From NCBI GenBank assembly GCA_963782055.1, contig CAWAIF010000003.1:6464001-6528000 (forward strand): DNA of 64,000 bases. The letters are read 5' to 3'. Below are positions 51,123 to 60,467 of the stretch, piece after piece (the stretch's first letter is position 1; the number at the start of each line of letters is the position of its first letter). The translations under genes and the position numbers were made by a program. This DNA is from an uncultured delta proteobacterium. Lineage in GTDB: Bacteria > Myxococcota_A > Polyangia > Polyangiales > Polyangiaceae. Below the pieces are notes generated by a model. That model ran no database searches, was not told the origin of the DNA, and was given only the letters and a program-made list of their open reading frames with translations.

Positions 51123-51206
51123 CGCGGCGACTGGTAACGAAGTGGAAACGGCGTCCACCCCCGATCGCCAAATCCCAGAGAATCAAGCCGTTTTTGAGTA
51201 CTTCGG

Positions 51207-51280
51207 TCGGGGAGGCGGGATTTGAACCCGCGACGACGAGCACCCAAAGCTCGTGCACTACCGGACTGTGCGACTCCCCG
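51207..51280 (-). tRNA. tRNA-Pro(TGG), CCA not encoded
   Basis: CGGGGAG/CTCCCCG acceptor stem, anticodon arm CGAGC-TTTGGGT-GCTCG, T arm GCGGG-TTCAAAT-CCCGC. Confidence 0.95.
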
Positions 51281-51376
51281 GTGCCCCGTGATCTAGCACG
51301 GCGGCCGGCGGGGCGCGTGGCCGAGCACGAGGGGGGGACGCGGAATACCTGGGCCGGCGCGGCGGTTCGGCCTCCG

Positions 51377-52495
51377 ATGAAGGCGGGGTCCCTCGCGCGC
51401 GCGCTGCTGGTCACCTCCGGGCGCGCGGTCGCCCTGCGCGCGGTGCCGCTGGCGTGCGGGGTGGGGATCGCCGCCACCGTCCTCTTCGCCGGCAACGGGC
51501 TGCGCGCGGCGGACGTGGTCGCCATGATGCACGGCTCCCTCGCGGTGCGCGCCGCCCTCTGGGCCGCCTGGACGGCGGCGGCGACGACCGCGATCGCGCC
51601 CGCCTACGACGCGCCGGGCACCCGCACGCTGCGCTCCTCCCGCCCGCCGCCTGCGCTCCTCGCCGCCATGCTCCTGCTCCTCGCCGTCGCGGCGCAGCTC
51701 CCGTGGAGCCTGCTCTTCCTCCGGGGCGGCGGGGCGGCCGCGGGCGCGCTCGCGGCCCTGCTCGCCGCGGCGGCCTCCGCGTCCGCGTTCGCCGCGTCCC
51801 GCGCGCGTGCGGGCGCGCTCCTCCTCCTCGCCGTCGCGGGCCTGATCGCCGCCGACCTCCCGCCCGCGGTCGCGATCGCCCCCGCCGCGGCGCTCGCGAT
51901 CACCTCGGCGCGCGTGGCGTGGCGGTCCGCGCTGCAGCAACCTGGTGCGCTCCGCCTGGTGCGGCGCGCGCCGGCGCCCGTGGCGCTCGCACTGGCCTAC
52001 CTGGCGCGCATGACGCGGGCGGCGCGCGGACGCCTGCAGTCCGCCGCGGTGCTCGTCTTCGCCGCGGGCGGCGGCCTCGCCCTGTCCCTCCGTCACGACG
52101 CGGAGGCACGCCCGGTTCCGCGGGCGCTCCTCGTCTTCGCCCTCCCCCTCAGCGTCGCGTGCGGGATGCTCGCCGCGCCGGCGGTGGAGACGGAGGCGCG
52201 GTTGCGGCCCGTCCTGCGCGCCACGCGCACCCGCGCGCTCGTCCTCGGCGCCGCGATGACGCTCGCGCTCGCCACGCCGTCGACCGCCCTGGCCGCGGGT
52301 GCCGGCGCGATGGCCGCGACCGTGTCGCACACGCCCCACACGGTGACCCTCGCGTCCGCCGCGTGGGCGGTGCTCATCGCCGCGTCCGTCGCGTGGTGGG
52401 CGCGGCGGGCGGCACGCGCGCGCCGGCCCTCGGTGTTCCTCGCCGGCGTGGTCGCCATCGGGGCGGCCTTCACCGCGGCGGCGGCGTCATGGTGA
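51377..52495 (+). CDS. Multi-TM membrane protein (probable ABC permease)
   Basis: Highly hydrophobic; overlaps the downstream ABC ATPase start. Confidence 0.65.
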   Translation: MKAGSLARALLVTSGRAVALRAVPLACGVGIAATVLFAGNGLRAADVVAMMHGSLAVRAALWAAWTAAATTAIAPAYDAPGTRTLRSSRPPPALLAAMLLLLAVAAQLPWSLLFLRGGGAAAGALAALLAAAASASAFAASRARAGALLLLAVAGLIAADLPPAVAIAPAAALAITSARVAWRSALQQPGALRLVRRAPAPVALALAYLARMTRAARGRLQSAAVLVFAAGGGLALSLRHDAEARPVPRALLVFALPLSVACGMLAAPAVETEARLRPVLRATRTRALVLGAAMTLALATPSTALAAGAGAMAATVSHTPHTVTLASAAWAVLIAASVAWWARRAARARRPSVFLAGVVAIGAAFTAAAASW

Positions 52496-53055
52496 GGGCG
52501 CGCGGGCTCGGCAAGTGGTTCGGCGCGCGCCGCGTGCTGGAGCACCTCTCCCTCGACGTGTGCGCCGGGGACCGCGTGGTCGTCGTCGGGGAGAACGGCT
52601 GCGGCAAGTCCACGCTGCTGCAGCTCGTCGCGGGGGTGCTCGAGGGGCACGAGGGGACGCTGAAGACCCCGCGGTCCATCGGCTACGCGCCGGAGAAGCC
52701 GGACATCCCCGATCACCTGCTCGCCGTGGAGTGGCTGGACCTGATCGCCTCCCTCAAGAGCGCGCGATGGAGAGAGGAGCTCGGCGTGGGCGCGCTGCTC
52801 GGACGCAAGGTGGCGGCGCTCTCCCTCGGGCAGCGGCAACGCCTGTCGCTGGTCGCCGCCTTCACCGGGGCTCCGCCGCTGCTGGTGCTGGACGAGCCGA
52901 CCAACGCGCTCGACGAGGACGCGCGGGAGGCCGTGATCGCGCGCGTCCTCGGCTCGACCGCACTCGTCGCCACCCACGACCGCGACTTCGCCGCCCGCGT
53001 GGCGACGCGCGTGGTGACGATCCCCGAGCTGTCGGATCCCGGCGCCGTGGCCTGA
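52489..53055 (+). CDS. ABC transporter ATP-binding protein
   Basis: GENGCGKST, LSLGQRQR, LVLDEPTNALD, ATHD. Confidence 0.92.
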   Translation: MVRARGLGKWFGARRVLEHLSLDVCAGDRVVVVGENGCGKSTLLQLVAGVLEGHEGTLKTPRSIGYAPEKPDIPDHLLAVEWLDLIASLKSARWREELGVGALLGRKVAALSLGQRQRLSLVAAFTGAPPLLVLDEPTNALDEDAREAVIARVLGSTALVATHDRDFAARVATRVVTIPELSDPGAVA

Positions 53056-53092
53056 AGCCTGCGCGCTCCGCGGCCGGCGGCGCGCCGGTCCT

Positions 53093-53527
53093 TCAGCCGG
53101 AGCCGCCGGGTCGCAGCCAGCCGCGCTGCCGGAGCAACGCACGCACCCGCCGCTCCACGTCGTCGCGGATCTCCCGCACGCGAGCGGGCGGCTTGCCCTT
53201 CGGGTCTTCCAGCGGCCAGTCCTCCCGCTCCGCGCCCGGGACGACGGGGCACGCCTCACCGCAGCCCATCGTCACCAGCAGGCACGCCCCCGCGGCCACC
53301 TCGCCGGTGAGCTTGCGCGGCGCGACGCCCGCGAGCTCCACGCCGAGCTCGCGCATGACCTCCACCACCTCGGGGTGCACGCGCCCGGCAGGCTCCGTCC
53401 CGGCGGACACGGCGGCGGCGGCGGACGGGTCGACGAGGCGGTTGAAGAGCGCCGCCGCCATCTGTGAGCGACCCGCGTTGTGCACGCAGGCGAAGACGAC
53501 GGTCAGCCAATCAACCGCAGCAGCCAC
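53093..53527 (-). CDS. arsC: Arsenate reductase (LMW-PTP fold); start approximate
   Basis: CVHNAGRSQMA, SAGT, TMGCGEACP, DWPLEDP. Confidence 0.9.
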   Translation of the reverse strand: MAAAVDWLTVVFACVHNAGRSQMAAALFNRLVDPSAAAAVSAGTEPAGRVHPEVVEVMRELGVELAGVAPRKLTGEVAAGACLLVTMGCGEACPVVPGAEREDWPLEDPKGKPPARVREIRDDVERRVRALLRQRGWLRPGGSG

Positions 53528-53981
53528 CGGACTTGGTGTCCTTCGCCGGCTCCGCGCCCGCGACCTTCGGCACGCAGCAGCCGGCCTTGGCCGTCTGGTT
53601 CGTCATGACCGACGCCTCGCCCTTGACCACGAAGACCTCCCACGAGTTGCCGTCGGGATCCTCCACCCACACCTTGTCTTGGAGCGCGTAGCAGCACTCG
53701 GTGTTCTCCTCGGTGAGGGTCTTGAGGCCGGCCTCCTTGAAGCGCGTCCACGCGGCCGCGACGTCCTCGCTACCGGCGACCTGGATGCCGAAGTGGCTGG
53801 CGTTGACGCCGGTGCGCGGCGCCTCCTGCATGCTCAGGTTGAGGGAGGGCGACGCCAGATCGAACTTGGCGTAGCCGGGGCGGCGCTTGGTGGCGGGGAC
53901 GCCGAAGACCTTCTCGTAGAAGGCGACGGAGGCGTCGATGTCGGAGACGTTGAGCGAGACGTGGGGCTTGAGGACGTTCAT
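53511..53981 (-). CDS. arsI: ArsI/CadI family VOC protein (C-As lyase-like)
   Basis: PHVSLNV, PGYAKF, HFGIQV, CCYALQDKVWVEDPDGNSWEVF. Confidence 0.88.
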   Translation of the reverse strand: MNVLKPHVSLNVSDIDASVAFYEKVFGVPATKRRPGYAKFDLASPSLNLSMQEAPRTGVNASHFGIQVAGSEDVAAAWTRFKEAGLKTLTEENTECCYALQDKVWVEDPDGNSWEVFVVKGEASVMTNQTAKAGCCVPKVAGAEPAKDTKSGGCCG

Positions 53982-54007
53982 GAACTGGACCTTCCGGTGA
54001 TTCGTGT

Positions 54008-54325
54008 TCAGCAGCAGCTCTCTGGTGAGGCCTTGCCGCACTTGCAGCAGTCCTCCCAGAGGAAATCGGTCAGGGCGCGCAGGACCTTGTAGTCCGCGGT
54101 GTGGAAGACGGACCGGCCCTCGCGCCGCGCGACCATCAGGCCCGCGCCGACGAGACGCTCGATGTGGTGGCTGAGGGTCGCCCAGGGAATGCCCAGCTTG
54201 TCCTGCAGCTCGGTGGCCGTGGTCCCCTCCGGCCCGGCCTGCACCACGTGGCGGAGGATCCCCAGGCGCGCGGGATGCCCCAGGGCGCCGAACTGCTCGG
54301 CGTGATGGTCCAGCTTGGAACTCAC
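54008..54325 (-). CDS. arsR: ArsR family repressor with C-terminal Cys pairs
   Basis: ALGHPARL, TLSHH, RREGR, FLWEDCCKC..CC. Confidence 0.88.
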   Translation of the reverse strand: MSSKLDHHAEQFGALGHPARLGILRHVVQAGPEGTTATELQDKLGIPWATLSHHIERLVGAGLMVARREGRSVFHTADYKVLRALTDFLWEDCCKCGKASPESCC

Positions 54326-54349
54326 ATCGATATATCTAGATCATTCGAT
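54326..54349. promoter_or_regulatory. Candidate ArsR operator
   Basis: AT-rich imperfect palindrome ATCGA-TAT-ATCTAGAT-CAT-TCGAT abutting the arsR start. Confidence 0.6.
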
Positions 54350-54540
54350 ACGACCCGTCAAGCGCAGCGACGTCCGATCGCGAGCAGGCGAACGATCGCG
54401 CGACGCGTCGTGGGTGACGCGCCCCCCGGGCCGTCGGGGACCTCCGGGCGCGTCGGCGCCGACGCGGGCGGCACGCGCTTGTCGCGAGATACAGGCGACG
54501 GCCCATGGATTGCTATGGTGGTGCCCGGAGGACCACCACG

Positions 54541-54900
54541 ATGCCCATCGCCCGATCGCTCGCCGCCTTCCTCGCCGCCGCCGCCTCGGTGCTCGCCGTC
54601 GCCTGCAGCTCCGGAGCCGGAGACATCTGCCGGACGTACTGCAAGGACGCCCAGGCGCGTCAGTGCACGACGATCAAGGGCGACTGCAACACCTTCTGCT
54701 CTGCCGTCGACACGGTGGCCGGGGAGGGCTCCTGCACCTCGCAGGAGGACGCCTACACCTCGTGCCTCAACCAGGGCGACACGTGCACCGGCGACGCCCG
54801 CTGCGGCAGCCAGAAGAACGCCTTCAGCAACTGCGCGACCGCCTACTGCGTCGGGCACCTCAGCGAGGCGAGCTGCCAGACGATCGCCGCCTCCTTCTGA
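54541..54900 (+). CDS. Small Cys-rich lipoprotein
   Basis: RBS GGAGG; lipobox AVAC; regularly spaced Cys. Confidence 0.75.
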   Translation: MPIARSLAAFLAAAASVLAVACSSGAGDICRTYCKDAQARQCTTIKGDCNTFCSAVDTVAGEGSCTSQEDAYTSCLNQGDTCTGDARCGSQKNAFSNCATAYCVGHLSEASCQTIAASF

Positions 54901-54958
54901 GTCGCCCTCGGACGCCCGCGGTTGATCGCCGCGGCGGAGACGCCTACAAAAGGCCCCG

Positions 54959-56602
54959 GTGCATCGTCCGGGTCTTCTCGCCGTCTTGGTGCTGCTGTCG
55001 TGCAGCAAGGACAACGCCGCCCCGGACGCGGGGGCGCGGCCGACGGGCGCGATCGACGCCGCCGTCGACGCACCCGACCTGGACGCGCAGGCCGCGGCCG
55101 CGCGGGCGCGCGCGCGGGAGAAGGCGCGTGCCGAGCTGGACGCGGGCACGTTCAAGGGCCCCGAGCTCTACGCCGCCGCCACGCGGACCTCCGTGATGAA
55201 CGTGCCGGCCTGGCCGGCGACGGACGCCGACGGCGGCGCCCTGCCCTCCCCCGACGTCTACCGCCTGGGCTACCTGCGGCACGGGTCGCACGTACCGGTG
55301 CTCGCCGCCCCCATCGTCAACGACGACTGCCACGAGGGCTGGTACGAGCTGGTGGAGGGAGGCTACGTGTGCGGCAAGTACGCGTCGCTGGACCCGAAGG
55401 ACCCCGCGGTGCGCTTCGCGGCGCACCCGCCCGACCTCTCCAGCCCGATGCCCTACCGCTACGGCGTCGCGCTCGCCGACGAGACGCCGGTCTACCGGCG
55501 CGTGCTCTCGCACCACGACCGCATCAGGTACGAGCCGTGGCTCGCCCCGCCCGACCCACGGAAGCTCGACGGCGGCGTGGCGGACGGCGGCGCGCCCGAC
55601 GAAGACGCCGGGGAGGAGGAGGAGGCCGACGGCAAGTCGAAGGACGCCGGCGCGCCCGACGCCGCGCCCATCAAGCTGCGCGATCTGCGGGGCCACGGCG
55701 TGCTCGCCCACCGCATCATGAAGGGCTTCTACGTGGGGCTGGACCGCGACTTCCACGCCGCCAAGGCGCACTGGTGGCGCACGACGGAGGGCTTCGCCAT
55801 CCCGTACGAGCGCATCATGCTGCAGAAGTGGACGCCTCCCTTCCACGGCGCGTGGGTGCGCGCGACGGGCGCCGACCTCGACGGCGGCCTGCCCGAGGCC
55901 GGCGCGATCGAGGGCAACGGCACCGCGGTGCTGGTGCACACGACCTACGCCATGCGCTACCGGGACGACGACAAGGGCCACCTCAAGCCGTACGGCCGGC
56001 CCATGCCGAAGTGGAGCGCGCTCGAGCTCGCCGGCGATCCGCGCATGGTGGGCGGCGTGGCGTTCCAGCAGACGACGGCCGGCTTCTGGGTGCGCGTGAC
56101 CGACATGAAGGTCGCCCACGCCCAGGTCCCCGACGACCTCGGCCCCGGCGAGAAGTCGATCAACGTCGACCTCGGCGACGAGGTGCTCGTCGCCTTCGAG
56201 GGCAAGCACCCGGTGTTCGCGACGCTGGTGTCGTCGGGCAAGCGCACCCCGTGGGACCCCATTCACGATCACCCCACGCCCACCGGGACCTTCCACATCT
56301 ACGAGAAGCACGTCTCGGCGACGATGGACGGCGACGTCGCGGCGACGGGGCCGTACTCGATCGAGGACGTGCCGTGGGTGATGTACTTCCAGGGGAGCTA
56401 CGCGCTGCACGGCGCCTTCTGGCACAACTACTTCGGCTCGCCGTTCAGCCACGGGTGCGTGAACCTCTCGCCCACCGACGCGCGCGAGCTCTTCTTCTGG
56501 ACCGAGCCCCGGCTTCCGGTAGGCTGGCATGGCGTGTTCCAGACAGCACAGAATCCGGGTACGCGCGTGGTGATCCACGGGCCGCCGGAGAAGAAGAAGT
56601 GA
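54959..56602 (+). CDS. L,D-transpeptidase (YkuD) lipoprotein
   Basis: Lipobox LLSC; VSSG, TPTGTF, VPWVMYF, LHGAFWH, SHGCVN. Confidence 0.92.
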   Translation: MHRPGLLAVLVLLSCSKDNAAPDAGARPTGAIDAAVDAPDLDAQAAAARARAREKARAELDAGTFKGPELYAAATRTSVMNVPAWPATDADGGALPSPDVYRLGYLRHGSHVPVLAAPIVNDDCHEGWYELVEGGYVCGKYASLDPKDPAVRFAAHPPDLSSPMPYRYGVALADETPVYRRVLSHHDRIRYEPWLAPPDPRKLDGGVADGGAPDEDAGEEEEADGKSKDAGAPDAAPIKLRDLRGHGVLAHRIMKGFYVGLDRDFHAAKAHWWRTTEGFAIPYERIMLQKWTPPFHGAWVRATGADLDGGLPEAGAIEGNGTAVLVHTTYAMRYRDDDKGHLKPYGRPMPKWSALELAGDPRMVGGVAFQQTTAGFWVRVTDMKVAHAQVPDDLGPGEKSINVDLGDEVLVAFEGKHPVFATLVSSGKRTPWDPIHDHPTPTGTFHIYEKHVSATMDGDVAATGPYSIEDVPWVMYFQGSYALHGAFWHNYFGSPFSHGCVNLSPTDARELFFWTEPRLPVGWHGVFQTAQNPGTRVVIHGPPEKKK

Positions 56603-58560
56603 TCGGGCGGGGGGGGCGCTTCGGCGTGCTGCTCGCCGGGGCGCTCGCGGTGGGCGCGTGTGCGCCGGCGTCGCGGACCTCGGTGGACGTGCACGCGCGC
56701 GTGGCGGTGTCCATCTCCCCCACCCCGGACAAGATGCCCTTCGACCCGCGCAGCGCGCGGCTGGTGCAGGCGAGCGGGCAGCTCACCGAGCTGGTCGGCC
56801 ACACGGTGTCGCTGCAGGTGGACGCGGCGATGGTGCCGGCGTTTCGCTCCGGCTTCGAGGAGGCGCTCGTCGCCTCCTTCGAGAACGTGGTGCGCGACCT
56901 GACGGCGCTGCAGAAGGACGAGCCCGCCGCCTTCGATCGCGGCGCGCCGCTGCTGGAGCACATCGAGCTGCGCTACGACGTGACCGCCTCCCGCGACGAG
57001 GCGGCGCTGGAGACCGCGTCGCACACGCTGCGCATCCGCGGCCCGGCCCGGCGCGGCGCGCTGGTGGCGGAGGGCGAGGTGGCTCGCGCCTTGTCTGTAG
57101 AATACACGCAGTTTCTGACGGCGCGGTTCGCGTCGGCCACGCCGGACTCGGTCGCCCCGGCGGACCGGCGCGCGTATTTGCAGTACCTGACCGGACACCT
57201 CCCGGGGCGCGGCTACCCGAGCGACCCGCGCGCGACCACCCCGGCGGAGCTGGGCGCCTCGAAGCGCGCGGCGCGCATCCTGGCGGTGCTGCGGCTGGAG
57301 GCGCTGGACCCCTCGCTCTCCGCCGAGACGCACCGGTGGCTGATGCAGCAGCTCTCGTGGTTCGTCGACCTGTACGCGAACGACACGCTGACGGTGCGCG
57401 ACGTCCCCGCCCGGACGACCTTCCGCGCGGCGGAGCGCGCGTACGTGGCGTGGCTGACGAAGGCGCTGCCGGCGATGGACGACGCGGCCCAGGCGCGCGT
57501 GATGGGCTCGCTCTTCGTGCGCACCTCCACGGCGAACCGCGCGGCGCTCGGCGGAGCGAGCTACGTGCCCTTCGCCTTCCCGGGCGTGGACCTGTTCGCC
57601 ATGGGCCTGCGCGTGGTGGACGCGTGGCGGGCCGCGGGGCACCCGACGCAGCTCTCCCCCGGCGGGACGAAGCAGACGTTCGAGCTCATCGCCTGCCCGC
57701 GGCCGAAGGGCCGGCGCGGGTCGCGCTCGCTGGCGCCGCACTGCGACGAGGACTGGTACCGGCTGGCGCTGGGGTCGTCCGCGGGGCGCGCGCGGCTCGC
57801 GCGGGCGCTTCTCGATCGCGACGATCCGGTGTTCACCGAGATGACGTTCGTCAACGTGCCGTACGCCAGCCGTGACGGCGTGGACGACACGCTGGCGCTG
57901 CTCCGCGCGGTGGAGGCGAAGCCCTCGGTGTGGACGGGCGCCGTGCGGGTCTTCGCCGACGAGCGCGGCGAGACGGTGCACGACCGCACGGTGCTGGAGG
58001 AGGCGCAGCGGTGGTGGCTGGAGCACCCGGACCGGCGGGGGGTGGTGCTGTACCTGCTGGCCCAGATGGACCGCTACGATCACGGCGACGTCGACTGGCG
58101 GGGTTTCGGCAACGCCTTCTCTGCGGTGAGCGCCGGCGAGCTCGCGAGCTACCTCGCGCAGGGACCGCGGGCGATGTCGCTGGTGCCGGTGGTGTGGCGG
58201 GCGCTCGCGCCGGGCTACTCGCGCGCGGCGATCGTCCTGCCGAAGCTGGACGCCTTCCTGGGCGATCCGCACGTGCGCGACTACGACTCCGCCGACCCGT
58301 ACCGTACGCTACGCGGGATCGTCGGGCGGCTTTGCGCGGAGAAGAACACGAAGGACCTCGCCGCGGTCCGCGCGTACCTGGAGCAGCGGGTGAGCGCGCA
58401 CCCGGGCGAGCCGTACGCGGCCATCGCCGACGAGGCGACGAGCGCGCGGTGCAAGCCGCCGCCGCCGAGCCCGCCGCCGCACAGCACGGTGCGGCTGGCG
58501 CCGGCGAGGACGAGGCTGCGGATCATCCAGCAGCAGCACCAGGGGCCGGAGACGCCGTGA
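56599..58560 (+). CDS. Hypothetical lipoprotein (paralogue A)
   Basis: GTGA overlap with the LDT gene; lipobox VGAC; full-length similarity to next gene. Confidence 0.8.
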   Translation: MIGRGGRFGVLLAGALAVGACAPASRTSVDVHARVAVSISPTPDKMPFDPRSARLVQASGQLTELVGHTVSLQVDAAMVPAFRSGFEEALVASFENVVRDLTALQKDEPAAFDRGAPLLEHIELRYDVTASRDEAALETASHTLRIRGPARRGALVAEGEVARALSVEYTQFLTARFASATPDSVAPADRRAYLQYLTGHLPGRGYPSDPRATTPAELGASKRAARILAVLRLEALDPSLSAETHRWLMQQLSWFVDLYANDTLTVRDVPARTTFRAAERAYVAWLTKALPAMDDAAQARVMGSLFVRTSTANRAALGGASYVPFAFPGVDLFAMGLRVVDAWRAAGHPTQLSPGGTKQTFELIACPRPKGRRGSRSLAPHCDEDWYRLALGSSAGRARLARALLDRDDPVFTEMTFVNVPYASRDGVDDTLALLRAVEAKPSVWTGAVRVFADERGETVHDRTVLEEAQRWWLEHPDRRGVVLYLLAQMDRYDHGDVDWRGFGNAFSAVSAGELASYLAQGPRAMSLVPVVWRALAPGYSRAAIVLPKLDAFLGDPHVRDYDSADPYRTLRGIVGRLCAEKNTKDLAAVRAYLEQRVSAHPGEPYAAIADEATSARCKPPPPSPPPHSTVRLAPARTRLRIIQQQHQGPETP

Positions 58561-60467
58561 AGGTCGCGGCCGTCCTGCTCGTGCTCGCGCTCGGTGCCGG
58601 ATGCGGCGGCGGCGCGGTCACCGCCGTGCACGTGGAGAGCTCGGCGACGATCGCCATCACCCCGGCGCCGGACGAGCTGCCGTTCGATCCGCGGGGCGCG
58701 CGCCTGCACGAGGCGACGGAGCAGCTCTCGGCGCTCGCCGGGCACGCGGTGTCCTTCCAGTTCGACGCGGCGCTGGTGTCGGAGCTGCAGTCGGGCTTCG
58801 AGGATCAGCTCATCGCCTCGGTGGAGGCGGTCGCGCAGGGACTGGCGGCGTGGAAGAAGGACGAGCCGGCGGCGTTCGCGCGCTCGGCGTCGGCCCTGCA
58901 GCACGTGGTCTGTCGTTACCGTGCGGCGCTCCGAAGCGCGCGCGCCACGCTGGACGCGGCCACGGGCGTGTTGACGGTGGACCTGCCCTCGCGCATCGAC
59001 CGGCTGATCTCCCGCGGGCTGGTCTACGTGGCCCTCCAGGATGAGAGCGACGCCTGGGCGGACAAGGCGTACGGCGGCGCGTCACCCGATTCGGTTCCGG
59101 CGGCGCAGCGCCGCGCGTACTTCGGCTACCTGATCGCCACGCGCCCGGGCTACGGCGCCCTCTACGAGCGACGGTTCCGCGCGGCGCAGAGGTCGCTCTC
59201 GCGCGCCGACCGGCTCGCGCAGTCCCCGCACGCCGACGTGATCCTGAAGGTGCTGCGGCTCCTGGAGCTTGCCAAGGGCACCGACGCGGGCCTGGAGCGC
59301 GACGCGAGCGCGTGGCTCTGGGATCAGCTCGACTGGTTCGGGTACCGCTACGCCGGCGACCAGAAGGAGCTCGCGCAGGTGGGCGCGGGCACGCCGTTCC
59401 GCCACGCGGAGTCGGCGTACATGCGCTGGCTCGCCGCGCAGCTCCCGCACGCGACGCTCGCCCAGCAGCGCGTCGCCGCGCGCCGCTTCTTCGCGCACGA
59501 CATCGCCGGCTGCACGCGGGAGGGCTGCACGCGGCAGGCGGGCGCGTTCCCCGGCATCGACACCTTCGCCTTCGGGCTCGGCGTGGTGGACGCGTGGGCG
59601 CGCGCGGGCCACCCCGCGGCCAAGGAGCACGACGCGCGGACGGACCTGCTCGACAGCGTGGTGTGCCCCTACGAGCGCGACGCCGATGGCAAGCTCTCCT
59701 ACTGGCGCGGCTGCTCCGCGGGCTGGGTGATCGGCTCGGTGGTCGACGACGCGACGCGCGCACGTCTGGCCCGCGCGCTCGATCAGCGCAAGGACGCTGT
59801 GCTCGTCGCCGACGTCTTCATGAGCATGAAGTACGCGCCGGCCGGCCCGCTGCTGGCGCTCTTTCGCGCGCTCGACCCGAAGGGGCCGGCGTGGCGCACC
59901 GCCGCGGGGGTGCTGGGCGGAGAGCTCTTCGACGACCACTCGCACGAGCTGGTGGAGGAGGGGCAACGCCTCTGGAAGGCGCACCCGGAGCACCGCGGCA
60001 CCGCGCTCTACTTCGTGGCGCGCTCGAAGCGGGGCGAGCCGCAGTACTACGTCGACAAGTTCTTCAAGGGCTTCGCGCGGAGCTGGGGGGCAGGCGTCGA
60101 CGAGCCGATGCTCTCCGAGATGCTCGGCTACGGCCTGCCGGCGATGGAGCTGGTGCCGAGCGTGTGGCCGGCGCTGACGCGCGGTTTCTCGCACGCGGGC
60201 GTCGTGGTCTCGCGGCTGGATGCGCTGATCCCGGACGCCGCCGCGCCCTCCGCCGGGCGTGCCCTGCGCGCGCTGTCCGCGGTGGTCGGGCGCCTCTGCG
60301 AGGACGCCGACGCCGCAGGGCTCGGGACGGTGCACGCATACCTCGCCCGGCGCTCCGGCGCGAAGCCGGCGGAGACGAAGGCGCTCGCGACGCTCACGCG
60401 CGACACGGCCCCGGGCGGCTGCAAGGCACGCAAGCGCGAGCCGGCGGACGCTACGACCGACCCGTGA
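58557..60467 (+). CDS. Hypothetical lipoprotein (paralogue B)
   Basis: GTGA overlap; lipobox GAGC; shares PFDPRxARL, FPGxDxFAxGLxVVDAWxxAGHP, VVGRLC with A. Confidence 0.8.
   Translation: MKVAAVLLVLALGAGCGGGAVTAVHVESSATIAITPAPDELPFDPRGARLHEATEQLSALAGHAVSFQFDAALVSELQSGFEDQLIASVEAVAQGLAAWKKDEPAAFARSASALQHVVCRYRAALRSARATLDAATGVLTVDLPSRIDRLISRGLVYVALQDESDAWADKAYGGASPDSVPAAQRRAYFGYLIATRPGYGALYERRFRAAQRSLSRADRLAQSPHADVILKVLRLLELAKGTDAGLERDASAWLWDQLDWFGYRYAGDQKELAQVGAGTPFRHAESAYMRWLAAQLPHATLAQQRVAARRFFAHDIAGCTREGCTRQAGAFPGIDTFAFGLGVVDAWARAGHPAAKEHDARTDLLDSVVCPYERDADGKLSYWRGCSAGWVIGSVVDDATRARLARALDQRKDAVLVADVFMSMKYAPAGPLLALFRALDPKGPAWRTAAGVLGGELFDDHSHELVEEGQRLWKAHPEHRGTALYFVARSKRGEPQYYVDKFFKGFARSWGAGVDEPMLSEMLGYGLPAMELVPSVWPALTRGFSHAGVVVSRLDALIPDAAAPSAGRALRALSAVVGRLCEDADAAGLGTVHAYLARRSGAKPAETKALATLTRDTAPGGCKARKREPADATTDP

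Larger units (their letters stand above)
42473..51225. mobile_element. tRNA-Pro-integrated element (satellite/PICI-like genomic island), partly decayed
   Basis: 21-bp direct repeat GGTCGGGGAGGCGGGATTTGA at 42473-42493 and 51205-51225 (tRNA 3' end); integrase, xis-like HTH, helicase/primase, XRE; less GC3-biased codons. Confidence 0.92.

Noticed and set aside
42473..51225. Intact prophage or ICE
   Set aside because: No structural, packaging, lysis, relaxase or mating-pair genes between the att sites
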